Shown here piece by piece: positions 11,780 through 25,816 of a stretch of DNA of 64,000 nt. Below the pieces are notes generated by a model. The model made no database searches. It had not been told where the DNA came from and saw nothing but the letters and a program-made list of their open reading frames with translations. The stretch's first letter is position 1. Each line of letters opens with the position of its first letter. A program made the translations under genes and the position numbers. The DNA comes from Octopus vulgaris (Eukaryota). The stretch is from NCBI GenBank assembly GCA_951406725.2, contig OX597814.1:136586001-136650000 (forward strand). The letters run 5' to 3'.

Positions 11780-14100
11780 TACGTGTTAGACATGCAAACA
11801 TGCTTTGAGAGTTCGCTTCATTCCTAGTTAGCAAATTGTGGTAAATTGTTGAACGTACTGCTTTATTCATGAGTTACCCACTTTCCTAATCCGTTTAAGA
11901 TAATCTTGAACAGTTGACCAAGATTTATCAAGTTGTTATTATCTGTCGGCAGTGTTTGTTGTTACCTTGATATGGTTGGGCGTGTGATAGTATTTTCCAG
12001 TTGGAGATAAATGCCTATTTTTCTCTTTTAATCTTCATATTTATTTGAATATTGATGTACCATATTGCCTCTTTTGATTACGTAAGTATTGATTGTATCA
12101 CGCCTTGAATTAGTTTGCTGTACTTTCTATACATGTAGATTTAGTAATTGGTGTCGTGTTCGTGGTTACCGTTATGCTATATGCGATATTTCTTGAGAGA
12201 TTGTTTCCTTCTAGAGGGCAGGATAAAGGTGTTCTACAATAGCAGTTCTTATATGTGTCATTTAGTTTTTCACTTTTAGACAATTTTTGCTAGTTGTAAT
12301 TAGCTACAGTTGTTTTAGAGTTGTCGGTTGTGGAGTAAGGCAATTTTACGTTGTGTCTGTTTATTAATGTGTAATACTTGTGGTTGGGGTGGAAGTATGT
12401 TTTGCAGTAATTTGAAAAATAATATAGTTATTGATGTGGAGTCTTGCATGTTGAAGGTGGGGCATTAGACCAGCTGATTTTTCTTTTTCTATTCTTACGT
12501 ATTTTATTACTTGAGGGAGGTTTGTTGTTTATACATGGCACTTTTTCCTTGCAGCCACTGTTATTGAGAGCTTCGTTATATGGAGTTTCTATTTCGTTTA
12601 GCAGTTTTCATTTTAAGATAAAGAGAAAAGTCTGAGAGACATGTTCTTTACAAAGTTTTTGATAATTTGGGGCTGGGGTCTATGTATATATTGGATTTTA
12701 GGTCGAGGGCAACATCTAGGAAGTTGACTAACTTTAGTTGTGTTTTTACCGTAATAGAGAAGCTCAAGTTTCAAAGAAGTGATGTAGTTCCTTCTTTAAG
12801 TTATCAGTATTTTGTGGATTACAGTTTCTCACTAGGAGCTACCATCGTTCCTATATAGACCACTTAAGACAGATGGAAATTTGTTTTCTAAATTTTCTAG
12901 TATGTAAAGGCCAAAAACGTCGCTTATCTCTGCCGAGTTCTCTGATCCCAGACTTAGATCAAATGGTTCTTTATTGTTCTCCTTAATTCAGAAAGCATTG
13001 TTATGTAAGAAAAGCGACATCCTTGCTTGAACTATTGTTTCCATTTTGATGTCGTTTATCGTGGTTATAGTTTTAGTGAAGTTCAAAGTAGCTCTAAGAC
13101 TAGGTTCAGTTATTGACGCATAATAATCTCTGATGTCAAACTAGAAAAAATGGCATGCATTTTCATTTAGGATCTTGTAAGTGTTAGTCCAGAGGGTTAA
13201 TGTGGATATTGTTTTTATCTTAGGTGAGAATTAGTCTGTGATCTTTTTTATTCATGATACCTATGTCCGGTTTGGAAGGATTTAATAGTCTAACAGATGA
13301 GATCTATTGAAGTTTTGTTTGTGGTCTTTCATAGTTATGTATGTGCATTTGGGTGTTAATATGTCTACTCTGTATAAGGCGGTGTGCTGGCAGAATCGTT
13401 AACACAACAGGTAAAATGCATAGCACCATTTCGTCCCTCTTTACGTTCTGAATCGAGCTCAGCTTTGTCTTTCATCCTGTCGGGGTCGATAAATTAAATA
13501 CTGATTGAACACTGGGGTCGATGTAATCGGCTTAACTCTTTTTCTGAAACTGCTGGGTTTCAGCCAAAATTTGAAATCAATATGTTTACTTTGTCATCTA
13601 TTTTAAGTTTAGCAGCTATTTCCTTAGCTGTAGTGTTTATATCACTTAAAGCTGCATACTTTGTATTTTGTGTGTAGGTGGTTGGGAGAATGTTAGAGAT
13701 TGTGTTAGAAAGAGAGCGGTTATATATAGTTTAATTTATCTGTTAGAGGTTGTTTTACAAATAGATTTTATGTAGTTGATTTTTCTGTTCTAGTTCTTTA
13801 TGCAGTTCATTCATTCGTTTATTGAATTTTATTTACTTAATCATTGAGAATAGGTAAATTGTGAAGGATTATAGCAATGGTTTAGAAGGTGGACATTTGA
13901 CCATCTTGAATTCATTGTTGTTGATAGGCTGCTTTTCCTTTTGGTCTTTTTCATAGTGATAAATTGTCCGTCTGAGTCTTTGGATTGTTTTGTTTTTTGT
14001 AGAAAAGTTTTCAGGTAGCGCTTTTTTAATAGGTATCAGTATGTTTGTCATAGAAAAGTGTATTGGGTGTTGCTGCAACTTTTCCTGTTTTCAGTCAATG
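11780..14100 (-). mobile_element. Decayed Penelope-like retroelement, Naiad-type RT plus GIY-YIG
   Basis: Minus-strand motifs PFDLSLGSENSAEISD (~12920-12968), GLYRNDG (~12841-12861) and NCYCRTPLSCPLEGN (~12200-12248); many stops and frameshifts. Confidence 0.8.
13377..13580 (+). mobile_element. SINE family B nested in the Naiad-type element
   Basis: Family B head and body; imperfect 16-bp TSD aatatgtYtactYtgt at 13358-13373 and 13579-13594. Confidence 0.85.
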
Positions 14101-14193
14101 CTGCGAAAGCACTCATATTAGGGCAGAGCTATTATATCAATGTTTGTTTTTATATACAGTTATACAATTTTACATTAATGTGACGGGATACTC

Positions 14194-14406
14194 AAAGCGG
14201 CAGAAACGTTAGCACACCGGGCGAAATACTTAGCGATATTTCGTCTGTCTTTACGTTCTGAGTTCAAATACCGCCGAGGTCGACTTTGCCTTTCATCCTT
14301 TAGGGATCGATAAATCGATAAATCGATAAATCAAGTACTGGCCTCTAATTGACTGGCCTCCTCCCCAAAAATTTCGGGCCTTGTGCATAGAGTAGAAAAG
14401 ATTATT
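14194..14406 (+). mobile_element. SINE family B, third tail variant
   Basis: Family B head and body; tail atttcgggccttgtgcatagagtagaaaagattatt. Confidence 0.8.
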
Positions 14407-14904
14407 GACAGTAATTTCGAAGTTTCGGCCAGCTGAGGCATTGACAGACTGCGACGCATTGAAGTTGATATTGGTATTATATAGTTTCGATTGAGTTAGT
14501 CTTCCTTGATTGTGAGGGTATGAATGGAAAGGTAATTATGTTGTAGGGCGGGAGATTTCGTTGCTATTTCTAGCAATTTTAGCGCAAACGTAGCTGCCTG
14601 TTGTGCTACCTTTATCTCATCTTTTTATCCCGATATTTTGCGACTTATCAGCGACATTAAGGATCTTAGTGCAAGTGTGTGTGTATGTATGTGTATGTGT
14701 TTGTGCATGCGTGTGTGTGTGTGTGTGTGTGCCTGCGTAGGAAGGAGATTGCGGCAGAGTAACCCTGTGAATCGAGTTACATTTCATTTACAATTCGCAC
14801 ATTTCATATACGTTGCCTGTACTCTGGGGAGATCACAAAAGTCATGATACATAAATCCACCCCCACTTCCGTCACAATAACTGAACGTCTTGTACATACT
14901 TACC

Positions 14905-14949
<45 letters not shown>

Positions 14950-15490
14950 GCATGCACACACACACGCACGCACACACATACATACAAATACACACACACA
15001 AATTAAAATTTGCTAACGCAAAGAGTATTCACATGAGAAAGATTTCAAAATATACTAGTGCGTGCACTCGGTTTTTAATCCTTGATTAGTCAATTATAAA
15101 TCTTAATTTAATTGTCGAACTCATATATATCGTAAAATATACTTCTTCCTAAATTGTCTCAGAGAATTAAATGTATCAGTGTTCCCCCGATAAACGTAGC
15201 AGCTGACTCTTCCTCAAAATAATCTCTGTCATTTCTCATTTCTTTCCTTTTTTTTCTTTCATTTTTTTTTGTTGGTAGCGAAGAATATATTGGATGTCGA
15301 GGGGAAGAAAGCAAAATAAAACAACGGTTTATAAGGTCGACGCTCACGAAATAGGTTAAAAAAGGGAAGCATCGTTTTCGTTTCAAATATTCATTCTTCT
15401 GAAAGAAAAAAAGGATAGTCAAGGAGAGAAAAAAAAACGGAGAAAATTGAAAATGGAGAACATACATATATATATACACACAAACACACA

Positions 15491-15523
<33 letters not shown>

Positions 15524-15711
15524 GCGCGCGAGCGTGTGTGTATTATATTAATAATAAGGTCACATTAAAGTGTCTACCCGCTAGAAATGAGGGCTAAAAC
15601 CCTCATTTGGACCACCAAATATTGTTCTTGTTATCAAATATTTGGATTGCCTTCGATAATAATAACAATATTAATATCTATATAGATATTCGCTTCAAAA
15701 TATTTTTGCTG

Positions 15712-15746
<35 letters not shown>

Positions 15747-15896
15747 TTCTATCTTTTACTTGCTTCAGTCATTGGTCTGGGTCATCCCCGTGGGTCATCC
15801 CCGTGAAAGGTTTAGTCGAATACATTAGCCCCAGTACTTAAATGTGTGTGTCTGTGCGCGTGTCTATGTGTGTCTGAGTCTATGTGTGTGTACGTG

Positions 15897-15951
<55 letters not shown>

Positions 15952-16775
15952 GTACATATCTTGTTTGTAAGTTTGTCCAAAATCACGCCATAAAGGAAGT
16001 AGCAGCGCCAGTAAGAGTAAAAAAGAAAACAGAGAAGACAAAAAATGGTAATAACAATGAGAGAGGGGGGTGTATCAAACAGCGCCTCTCGCCTTCTCTT
16101 TCAACAAAAACGTTTTCACTTTATTGATGAACGCTGCTCCTTTCTCTCTATATATATATCTATCTGCAGATGCACACACACGCACTCTCTCTCTCTCTCT
16201 CTCTCAGTCTCTCCCTGTTTTTCACTCACTTTTTTTCCCATTTCTCTCTCTCACTCCCTTCCCCTCTCTCTCTTACTCAAGAACAAAATTCTCATTCGAT
16301 GAACGCTGATTATTTTCTGGTAATCATTAATAACAGAATATAAGATAAGCAAATGAGATGCACCTCAAAATTATTGTTTTCTGTATCTCTATGGATGTTT
16401 GAAAGTTGCAAAGTTAATAGAATATAAGATAAGTAAATAAGTAGTAATTTTTAAGTCATAAAATAAAAATAGTGTCTATTGAAAGAAAGCTTGATAATGC
16501 TGTCTGTTTAAAAGAAAGCTAAATATAAAAGGAAGGTAATTATAAATATTTACAAATACTTGCCGCTGCAGCGATGTTTGTAAATATTTATGAATGAAGA
16601 ATTTTGCCAAGGCGGTGAAGTTTGTCTTCAAGATCTTTTTCCATTTCAGGCGGTAAAGAGTGAAAGAGACAGACAGACCGAGATAGAGACCGTGTAGACG
16701 TTGGTGGAAAAGAAAATAAGTCTTTGTGTAATTTTGGACTTTGTATGGTTACGTATAGAAATATAAACAAACTAA

Positions 16776-16824
<49 letters not shown>

Positions 16825-16878
16825 TCGTTTGTTTTGAAGTTTCTGTTCCATTGTATTAAATATACTCATCCACCTGCT

Positions 16879-17110
16879 ATGGAGAATGAATCAGACAGAA
16901 GGCGACGGTTAGCCAGAGAGAGACAAAGGCGAAGAACAGCCAGTCTCACCCAGGAAGAACTGGACGAAAAAAATTTGAACAATACATTAAGGTTGTTAAA
17001 ACAATCACAAGAAGTGAGACAAGAGAGACGAGCGCAAGACGCAAGAAGACAGGCTCGAAGACGTCAAAATGAAACGGAGCACCTAATTGCACAAAGGAGA
17101 GATATCCAAA
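16879..17110 (+). pseudogene. Probable Helitron Rep/Hel N-terminal charged-repeat fragment
   Basis: MENESDRRRRLARERQRRR...RRAQDARRQARRRQNETEH resembles the STPR-like N-terminus of invertebrate Helitron proteins; truncated by a family D repeat. Confidence 0.5.
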
Positions 17111-17159
17111 GAGACAGGATAAGCTGGTCTGCCTTATCCTGCCTCTTTCATAAGCTGTC

Positions 17160-17600
17160 TCCTTAAGCGTTCAGCATAATTTTTCCATCGTCTTGGCTTA
17201 ACAGCCCTCGTCGTTTGTTTTTACTGTTTTGTTCTCATGGTTCTGTCTTTTACTATTCTTGCTTTTTCATTGTTTTTACTGCTTTGTTCTTACTGTCCTG
17301 TCCTTGTTACCACTTTTACTCTCCGCAAAATATCCCCAATTCTATTTAATTTGCTTTGCGGGAAGAACTGTTTCAACGAAGTCACGTCTTGTCCTTACCT
17401 TCGAAAACGCGGAGTAGATGAAACAGAGACAAATGAAGAAGGGGAATATTCCTTGTGTTGCATGTCTTGTACTCTGTTCTTTCGTTGTTTGAAAAGAAGT
17501 TCGTTTCTATGTTTTTGTTTTTATGTTTTCGTTACTCATTGTCTTCAACGTTTTTTTTTATGTCCTGTACCCATATATGCATGCATATATACATATATAT
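17160..17600 (+). repeat. Family D repeat
   Basis: Inverted homologue of 1270-1600. Confidence 0.75.
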
Positions 17601-18454
17601 GTAAGTATGTACATATATGTATGTATATATGCATATATTTATATATTATTTATATTACTATATATATACATATACAAGTGTGTGTCTACCTCTTTGTTCT
17701 ATGTATTTAAAAAAATCCATTGATTTTTGTGGGCGAATCTTCCTATAAGGAAAGGGTTGGTTTCTAACAAAGAAACAATCTCTATTGCTTTAATCTAGAT
17801 AACGACAATTGTAAAGAGTTATAATGTTGAACTGAATTTTGGAAAAGTTTTCCATATTTTTACTTTTCTACTTATAGAGTTTATTGGCAAAATTCTTGCT
17901 AATGTATTTGTTAACTACTTACGTTCTTTGTCTGAAATCTGAGTTTTCGAGATTGCTTGTAATTCACTTGGAATGATGATAGGTAGAAATGTAAAATTAT
18001 AACCTGAGGAGGGAAGTTTCTGTTCTTAATTATTTCTCTCAATTTAATTTGAAAGATATGTTACATATGGCGAAAGTTTTAATGAGAATATATCACCAAT
18101 AGTCCTTGTGTTGAAATGTATAATTTTCTTAACGACAGAAATTATTTAATATCTGTTCTATGCCACTTTTTCTTTCCTATGGATGGTATTATATACTGTT
18201 TCAGCAAGTATATGATGCTGCATTTTAGTTAATGACATCTTGGGTGTGCCGTAATAACTTCCACAGAAATATCATTTTCGATTTCCTTTCGATTAGCCTC
18301 TTTTGTTCAACACACACTTCATAGCCCATATTCTGGTTTTAGATTACAAAATATTAGCAAATTACGGCCAAATGTAACGGCTACAGGTGAATATAGGATA
18401 TACATTCTGTTATCAGCATCATGGGCCACGACTATTTACGATCTGTTTTCAAAT

Positions 18455-18795
18455 CTTACAGAGGCCAACGTTGCTTTTCATCCTTTCGGAGTCAATGAAT
18501 AGAGTAGTGGTCAAATACTGGGGGTAAAGGATTGACCTTCGAAATTGCTGGTCTTGTGCTATAGTCAAAAGCCGCTAAAGGCGACGAGCCGGCATAATCA
18601 TTAGAGCGTTGGCTAAAATACTTTGCGTCATTTCTTCCGATTCTTTACGCTCTAAGTTAAATTCCCATCAAATTTGCTTTTTATCAATCTGGAACCGATA
18701 AAATAAAGTGTCAGTCAAGTACTTGGCTTGACGATATTCACCAATGACATGCAAGCAAACTTTCTGGCTTCGTAACTAAACCAAAAACTGTTATT
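18455..18795 (+). mobile_element. Two decayed SINE family B copies in tandem
   Basis: ttgcttttcatcctttcggagtc and ggcgacgagccggcataatcattag heads and bodies. Confidence 0.6.
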
Positions 18796-18899
18796 AGCCT
18801 CATGCTCAATTTTACAGGGAACACGCAAATGCACCATTTTTTTTTTGGTACGCAAAAAGGTTCTCCAGACCTTTGTTGAGATACGCTAGCCTAGAAGTC

Positions 18900-19250
18900 C
18901 TAGGAGCAGAGTACACTAAACGTTATCAGCCTTTGGGTACTTCTTGAAAAGTTCATTTCAGACCTCCATTCACATTTGAGCACTTGGTTAATGTATTTGT
19001 TTATGTAACTGTTCTTTAGCAGAGACTGTCTGAGCAATAGCACACTCAGATCGTAAGCCTCTTCCTCCGACATCTCTTCTATGATAGAAATCTATCGATA
19101 TCACTAATTTTTTTGCAGGTTGTTGCCAGGATTCTGCAGGGTTTTAACATCTATTGTAAGTAACTTATCACTCGTCCGCTCAGTTATCACAAATAATGGC
19201 ACCAGTGCTAGTAACGAAACTGCATTATGAAAGAATGGTTTGTAAAAGTA
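18900..19250 (-). mobile_element. Decayed R4/Dong-like non-LTR retrotransposon fragment
   Basis: Minus strand: LLTIDVKT...DIDRFYHRRDVGGRGL, similar to the DRLYLPRxxGGRGL motif. Confidence 0.55.
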
Positions 19251-19270
19251 AATGTTCGAATGCCATGTGT

Positions 19271-19334
<64 letters not shown>

Positions 19335-19336
<2 letters not shown>

Positions 19337-19520
19337 TTGAAATTGATAGAAAAACAAAAGACGAAGACAGGTGTATGAACAACAAGCAGGTGTATCAATT
19401 CGACGCTCGGGAAAGTGAGAAAGTCTTTTACGTTTCGTGCATACGCTCTTCAGTAGAAAGGTAAGAGAAAATAAACAGAGAGAGAATAAAAAAACTAGTG
19501 GATTTAGTGATCAGGCATGG
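19335..19520 (-). mobile_element. Penelope-like pLTR 3' fragment with hammerhead-like motif
   Basis: Minus strand cctttctaCTGAAGAgcgtatgcacGAAACGTAaaagac (19423-19461); abuts (TG)n. Confidence 0.65.
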
Positions 19521-19730
19521 CGACTGGTTGAAAAAAAATGTTTTGATAGGAGAGGTAGAAAGGAGAGATAATAAAGTATTGGTGATCCCAAAACGAAGGT
19601 GCGCGTACGTATGTGCATGTGAGAATGTGTGTGTGTGTAGTGGTGTGGGTTGGTATGATGTGGAGTAGTGCTGTGGTGGGGGGTGTAGGGATGTGGGGCG
19701 TGGTAGAGTGAGGATGTGGGGATGGGGTGC

Positions 19731-19768
<38 letters not shown>

Positions 19769-19769
19769 A

Positions 19770-22135
19770 GGAGATTCAGTTTTGTTTTGAAGACACCTAC
19801 ATGCACACCATGCTGGTCTCTCAAGCATTTTGGAAGGATACTGAGGAACTGTGGACCCTTGAAACCCAAGCTGTTGCAGTATCTGTTCGTGTATTTTGAT
19901 GGAGATGCTGGGATCTTTGGCTCTATACAGTGGCTGTTTGTGTAACTTTCAATGCCAAAGTTTGGTACAAGGCCTTCCAAGATTTTCTAGATGTATATAA
20001 CTGCATATCTTTCCCACCCTCATTCTAGGGAGAAAAGTTTTAATTCTTTCAGTCTTTCCCAGTGGCTGATACGTTGCTATGAGACGTTTTTTTTTTTGTG
20101 TAGTTTCGTTGGATTGCTTCGAGTTCCGCCGGTAATTATATATTGTGTGGTGACCATAGTTGGGAGCAGCAGTCTAAGTGGCTGCCGACGTACGCCCTTC
20201 AAAGGACCATCATTGTCTCCTCTTCTCTTGTTTTGAAAGTTCGGAGGATCCATCCATCTAGCCGTCTGCATTTTATTGCCAATTAGTAACATGCACTTGG
20301 AAATATGCATCATTGCTCATATCAATACCCAGGACACGCACTGATTTTCATTCGGGGAATGCATTCCCTCCCGGGCCAGTGTATACGGTTTGCGTGTCTT
20401 CAGCTTTGTGTTCTGGTGGCGCAGGGCTTGGAATTTTCCTGCATTAAATTGCATGTTGTTGTCTTCAGCCCACCTGCATATTGCATCCAACTCCCGTTGC
20501 AGATGGACAGTATTTCCAGGATTTTGTATTGTCTGAGAGACTTTTATGTCATCGGCAAAGCTAGTAAGGGTATCAATCTGAGCAGCTGAAGGCATGTCTG
20601 AGAGGGTCACTATAAATAGCAGCGGCCCTACGGCAGTGCCCTGTGGAACACCACTTGCTATTTGTGTTTCCCTGGAGGTGGCTCCATTGTCTACGACTGT
20701 CTGACATCTATCTTTTAGAAAGTCATGCAGCCACTCTTGAAGTTTTCTGACTTCGGAAAACTCAGAGCCAGCAGCTGAGTTTGTGTCAACCTCATCTATA
20801 GCCTGTGTTACATCTTCAATGTTGATGTAATTAATTTTCGCCTCTTTGGTTACAGGTAAAGTGGCAAAGAATTCTGCTGGTTTGCTCACTTGCCTGTTTC
20901 AAAGAGGTGCAGTGAACACACTTTGAAACTGTTAGTATTTTACTTATCCTCATTGGGTTTCCTGTGAAAGAGTCATCTTTTTTCGAAGAGGAATCCTATC
21001 TTGTGGCGCACTAAGGCTGTTTCTTTGGCAAAGTTAAGTAAAATTTTAAGGTTCGATTTCTATATCCCAAGGTTCCTCATCTGCTCTCTCATTTTCGTGA
21101 GATTGATGCAGACTTTTCTCCATCTCCAATGGCGCTCTCTCCATGTGAGACTTTTCACCACTTTTGGGGTGCTTGCTTAGGCGCTTCGCAATCTTTGCCC
21201 GTCGTCTCATAAGAATCTTCCTTTCCTAGGGGTCCAGTTTTTGTATATGTTGGCCCTGCGCACTGTGACAGATTTGTCACACGCAGCTTGCATTATGGAA
21301 TGAAATGTTTGTTTCATGTCAATGTCTGGTGTGGAGACACATTTAGGTCAATCTTGTTTGAGGATATCTTTCTCAATCAACTTCCATTTTGCTTTATGAA
21401 AATTTAATTTGGAGAGATTTTGGGTGCTTTGTATGGGCTATACGTCTGCAGGGGCTTTTGGTCTATACATAGACAGCTCTATTATGTTGTGATCCGCAAC
21501 CAACGACGGTGTCACTTTAACATTATGGATAATGTCCATATTGTTTGTGAAGCAGATTCAGTATATTATTTGCCCTGGTTGGTTGTAGCACAATTTGCTC
21601 CATGAAAGAAGCATTGGTAAGATGGTGCAGGGACACCACTTGTGCTTGCTGGTGGTGTGTCATTTTAGGAGCAACAGGCCCCCAGGCCATCCCACATTGG
21701 GGAAGTTAAAGTCACCCAAAAGGAATTCGATGATGTGTTGTTCCAGTTTGGTGAGAACTATCTTTGCTAGGCAGTCTTCAAAATTACGTGTATGGTTTGG
21801 AGCATCCGGTGAGCGATATGTAGTACATATGACAATATTAAGTTATCTTATGTGTACCATTTGAACATCACACACTGAATTTGAATATAACAGCAAGACC
21901 TGGAGCGTGAAGTCCTCTCAGACGTATGCAGCAACTCCATCATGGCTCCTTTCTTTTCTATCTGAGCGTGTGACAACATATTGTGGTATGTGTATTTCTA
22001 CATCCCCTATATCAGGTCTAAGATGCGTTTCCACAAGTACTACGCATAGAGCTTGACTGCATGCAGCAAGCACTCTCAGGAACGAGATTTGTTTGTTTTA
22101 CAGTTGCCGTGCAACAGCCCTCCGATATTTTGTAG
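19770..22135 (-). mobile_element. Decayed CR1/L2-group LINE (APE endonuclease plus RT, internal deletion)
   Basis: EN motifs YRSPD and GDFNFP (~21700-21830); RT SGVPQGTAVGPLLF and FADD (20317-20889 ORF); C-terminal WERLKELKLFSLE and NSLGFKGPQ. Confidence 0.88.
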
Positions 22136-22146
22136 GAATATTTTTG

Positions 22147-22211
<65 letters not shown>

Positions 22212-22455
22212 TTCTTTTGTTATCTTACCGTTTTTACCAATATATATATATATATATATATAATTTAAGTAGACAAATGAATTATCTTATTACGGATAAT
22301 TCGAAAGATAACCGATACCTGGGTAGCAAACTCACAACAGAAAAAGCACGGTTGAAGTTACGACCATAGGGCATAAAATCCGTGCCTTAGTGCGGAAATT
22401 TGAAGTTTTATATATTAAGTATATATATTAAGTATAGCTCCATTCTTTCCTATAC

Positions 22456-22512
<57 letters not shown>

Positions 22513-22564
22513 TAATATATAATACATATATATATATAATGTGTATCTCTCTCTTTCTCTATAC

Positions 22565-22651
<87 letters not shown>

Positions 22652-23438
22652 CGTGTGTGTGTGTGTATGTGTGTGTGTATGTATTTTAAATCTGATGTTA
22701 GTGTTATAGTCGTTAGTCATTCTAAGTTAACGGCATCTTTATACGATACATCATTGTAGTCACTGGCCAGCTATTTGTATAAGCTCATTCTATACGTATG
22801 CATGTATGTACGAACGATTCACATTAGGTCTATAGAATGAATGAACACGCGTTTACTTCTGTATCTGTTCGTGTATATACATTCAAATGTGTGTACCATA
22901 TTTACTTTTTTATTGGTTCTAGTCTGTTGACTATGGTTCTGCTGGTGCACTGCCTCATATATTAATTCACAGACACACAGACACACACACATTCGTATAA
23001 ATTCTTATATAGATATATTTGCTACATGCTTTCACACACGTATAACTGCTAAAAGAAATATTGAATTGATAGATAAATACATAAGCGCTTATATAGGAAG
23101 ACAGCTACATGTTGTTATGGGTGTAAATATTGCATCACTACGTATTAAACAAACGGAGACAGAATGTTCTTGTCTGAAGAAATGAGAAATCTGAAAGATG
23201 GAAGAGAAGGGAACCATGTCAAAAGTAACACAAATACACACACATACACACACATACACACACACATACATACATATATACATACATACATATATACATA
23301 CATGCATACATACATGCATACATACATGCATACATACATACATGCATACATACATACATACATACATACATCATATATACATACATACATACATACATAC
23401 GCACGTACGTACGTACATACATACATACATACATACAT

Positions 23439-23548
<110 letters not shown>

Positions 23549-23569
23549 GGAGAGAAAGAGAGAGGGATG

Positions 23570-23855
23570 GTGTGGGCACGTGCCCTAGTAGTTAGGATGT
23601 TGCACTCACATTCGCGAGATTGTGGTTTCGATTCCCTAAGCTAGGTCACATACTTAAGCAAAAAACTTGATTTGATGTTACTCTGCAACCACTTCGACAC
23701 CTGACGTGTTGCACACCGTTACACCCGGCAATTTGTTGAAGGGAGTGGGCTAAGTTACGACACAAACATTTGACCGCTATAAAAACATCATGTGTGCAGG
23801 TTGTTCAGCAAGAATTTTCAGAACCATCGTCTGTCGTCTACGACAGGAGTCCACG
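23570..23855 (+). mobile_element. tRNA-derived SINE, diverged
   Basis: Head with A/B-box-like tagtagttagg...ggtttcgattcc followed by a CORE-like segment. Confidence 0.65.
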
Positions 23856-24017
23856 AGATAAACAGACAGCTACACCACCATCATACATACATATACACTA
23901 TAGAAGCTGCGAATTGTGATCACTTGGGACAGAGGTTTCACATGTCAATGACCGCGATTCATAGAATTAACTAGAAGATATAGTAAGATCCTGAGCGCAT
24001 TAATTTTAATAACGATA

Positions 24018-25040
24018 ACTAGCAGAGATACACTGCGTTGCCCGTGTTACGTGCAATTGAAGAATTAGACTTTTCTGTAATGAACTGGAATATCTATGTT
24101 TCGAATTTCATCAAAATTGCAGAAGAGAATTATTTTCCTCTTTACACAGCCTAAAAAAATTGTAATCGTGCCACATGTATCCAATACTAGCGATTTTTAT
24201 GCGCATATTCCAAAATTCCAGTCTTATTGAACCTGTGAAAAGGATTTTCCTCTTGAAAATGAAGGTCACGGAGCTCTAAAATGTGAGAGTTAAGGCCCCT
24301 GTTGGGGGGGGGGTATCTTAATGTCAACCGGAGAAGTTGAATTGTTGAGAATCTTTTTAACTTGGGTCTTATATCTATTGTTTGAATTTCTTTGAAGTAG
24401 GAAATATATGTTCACTGGGTTTGTAAAAGAGAGCAAAGCTACAAGAAACCAAAAGACGAATGATCACAATAAGCAGTCAGCTACCCTACCCTAGTCGTTA
24501 CCACTCCCAATGTAGGATTCCTCACCATCCAGGTGACAGGCACAGCCGTAAGATGCATTACGAATCTATAGCAATTGGAAGGGCATGACCCAACTGAAAT
24601 AAACATTAACAAGTGTGTTACGTGAGGGCTAAGGAGAAATGAAAGTGTCACCTCTGGAGTTTGCAAATGACCACTATACTGATACGTAACTGGACAGAAT
24701 AAATTAACAATCTATAAATGTCTTTGAATAAGCAGTCACTCATGTGGGAAGGCCTTGAAATCAATGTTACCATCTGGGGACTATGTGTGACCCAGTGATA
24801 ATAAAAAGACTGAAAGGAGGTATGCAATCAAATAACTTTAGTCAACACTTTGCAACTGAATCAGTGGAGGCAAAGATGCCTCTTATTTACTTGAGAATGT
24901 ATGCACCACATTGCAGAAATCACAATGTAAGTGTATGTCAAAACAAACTGTTACACTGTTGTACCATTGAATTGCAAGTAATGCTCATCTTTTATGCTTG
25001 GGTAACCCTACAGCTTGCAAGAGTACAACTGTATTCGTCT
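24018..25040 (-). mobile_element. Helitron 3' end with decayed Pif1-helicase remnant
   Basis: Minus strand ends cacgggcaacgcagtgtatctctgCTAG; faint helicase-like blocks upstream (VGLPKH ~ GLPPH, and an IPRITL-like segment). Confidence 0.55.
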
Positions 25041-25471
25041 TTGCTTAGATAAAATGACAAAATTGTGGGTGTTAAATCCCTATGGAGGGGTCTCCCACGA
25101 TTCTGCCCTATTACTCTGTCACTCTCTCTCCCTCACACCTCCTCCCTTGCTCACGTGGCTGCCACGTTACCATCGGCCATCTTTCTTCTAACTTGTGTTT
25201 CTTTCTTTCTCTCAGTTGTAGCTGGAAAAAGGAAGACGTGTTCTTGTTTGTGTCCTGTCCAAGCTTGATGTACACGTTCACCACCACAACCTCGTTTATG
25301 CTCAGAGGCCCTTCCTGTTTGTCTTCACTGTCCTGTTTGTGTTACCAATTTTGACCCTCCGCAAAATCCCAAATGTTATTTAGTTTACTTTGCGGGAGCA
25401 ACTGTTTTATCAAAAGCGTATTGTTGAATGCTCTAAATACGAGAGTAGAAAACATACACACACACACACAC

Positions 25472-25540
<69 letters not shown>

Positions 25541-25542
25541 TA

Positions 25543-25623
<81 letters not shown>

Positions 25624-25756
25624 CATTGGAGGGAAAGTATGAATTCATTCGTCTATATGGATTTGGCCTATGCTGGCTATCTCCTACTATCTCCGATGAC
25701 GCTAATTCGGGAAGCTGGAGGTATGTATAGCGTTTGCAAAATCTATTTAACGGAAT

Positions 25757-25816
25757 GTTGTACCGAAGAAGGAAATGAATTGATTTATAATTCTAATCCA
25801 GAAACGCGTCCGTAAC
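25757..25816 (+). ncRNA. Degenerate hammerhead-like motif in a (TA)n-flanked insert (~25622-25980)
   Basis: gttgta-CCGAAGA-a-ggaaatgaatt..aattctaatcc-a-GAAA-cgcg-TC-cgtaac; palindromic stem III (ACGCGT). Confidence 0.55.

Noticed and set aside
11780-12250. Selenocysteine UGA codons in the Naiad-type endonuclease
   Set aside because: The recognisable Cys positions use TGT/TGC, and the copy is too decayed for stops to be informative.
17720-18120. Possible Penelope linker remnant (LPYIG-like)
   Set aside because: Requires frameshifts and has no supporting motifs.
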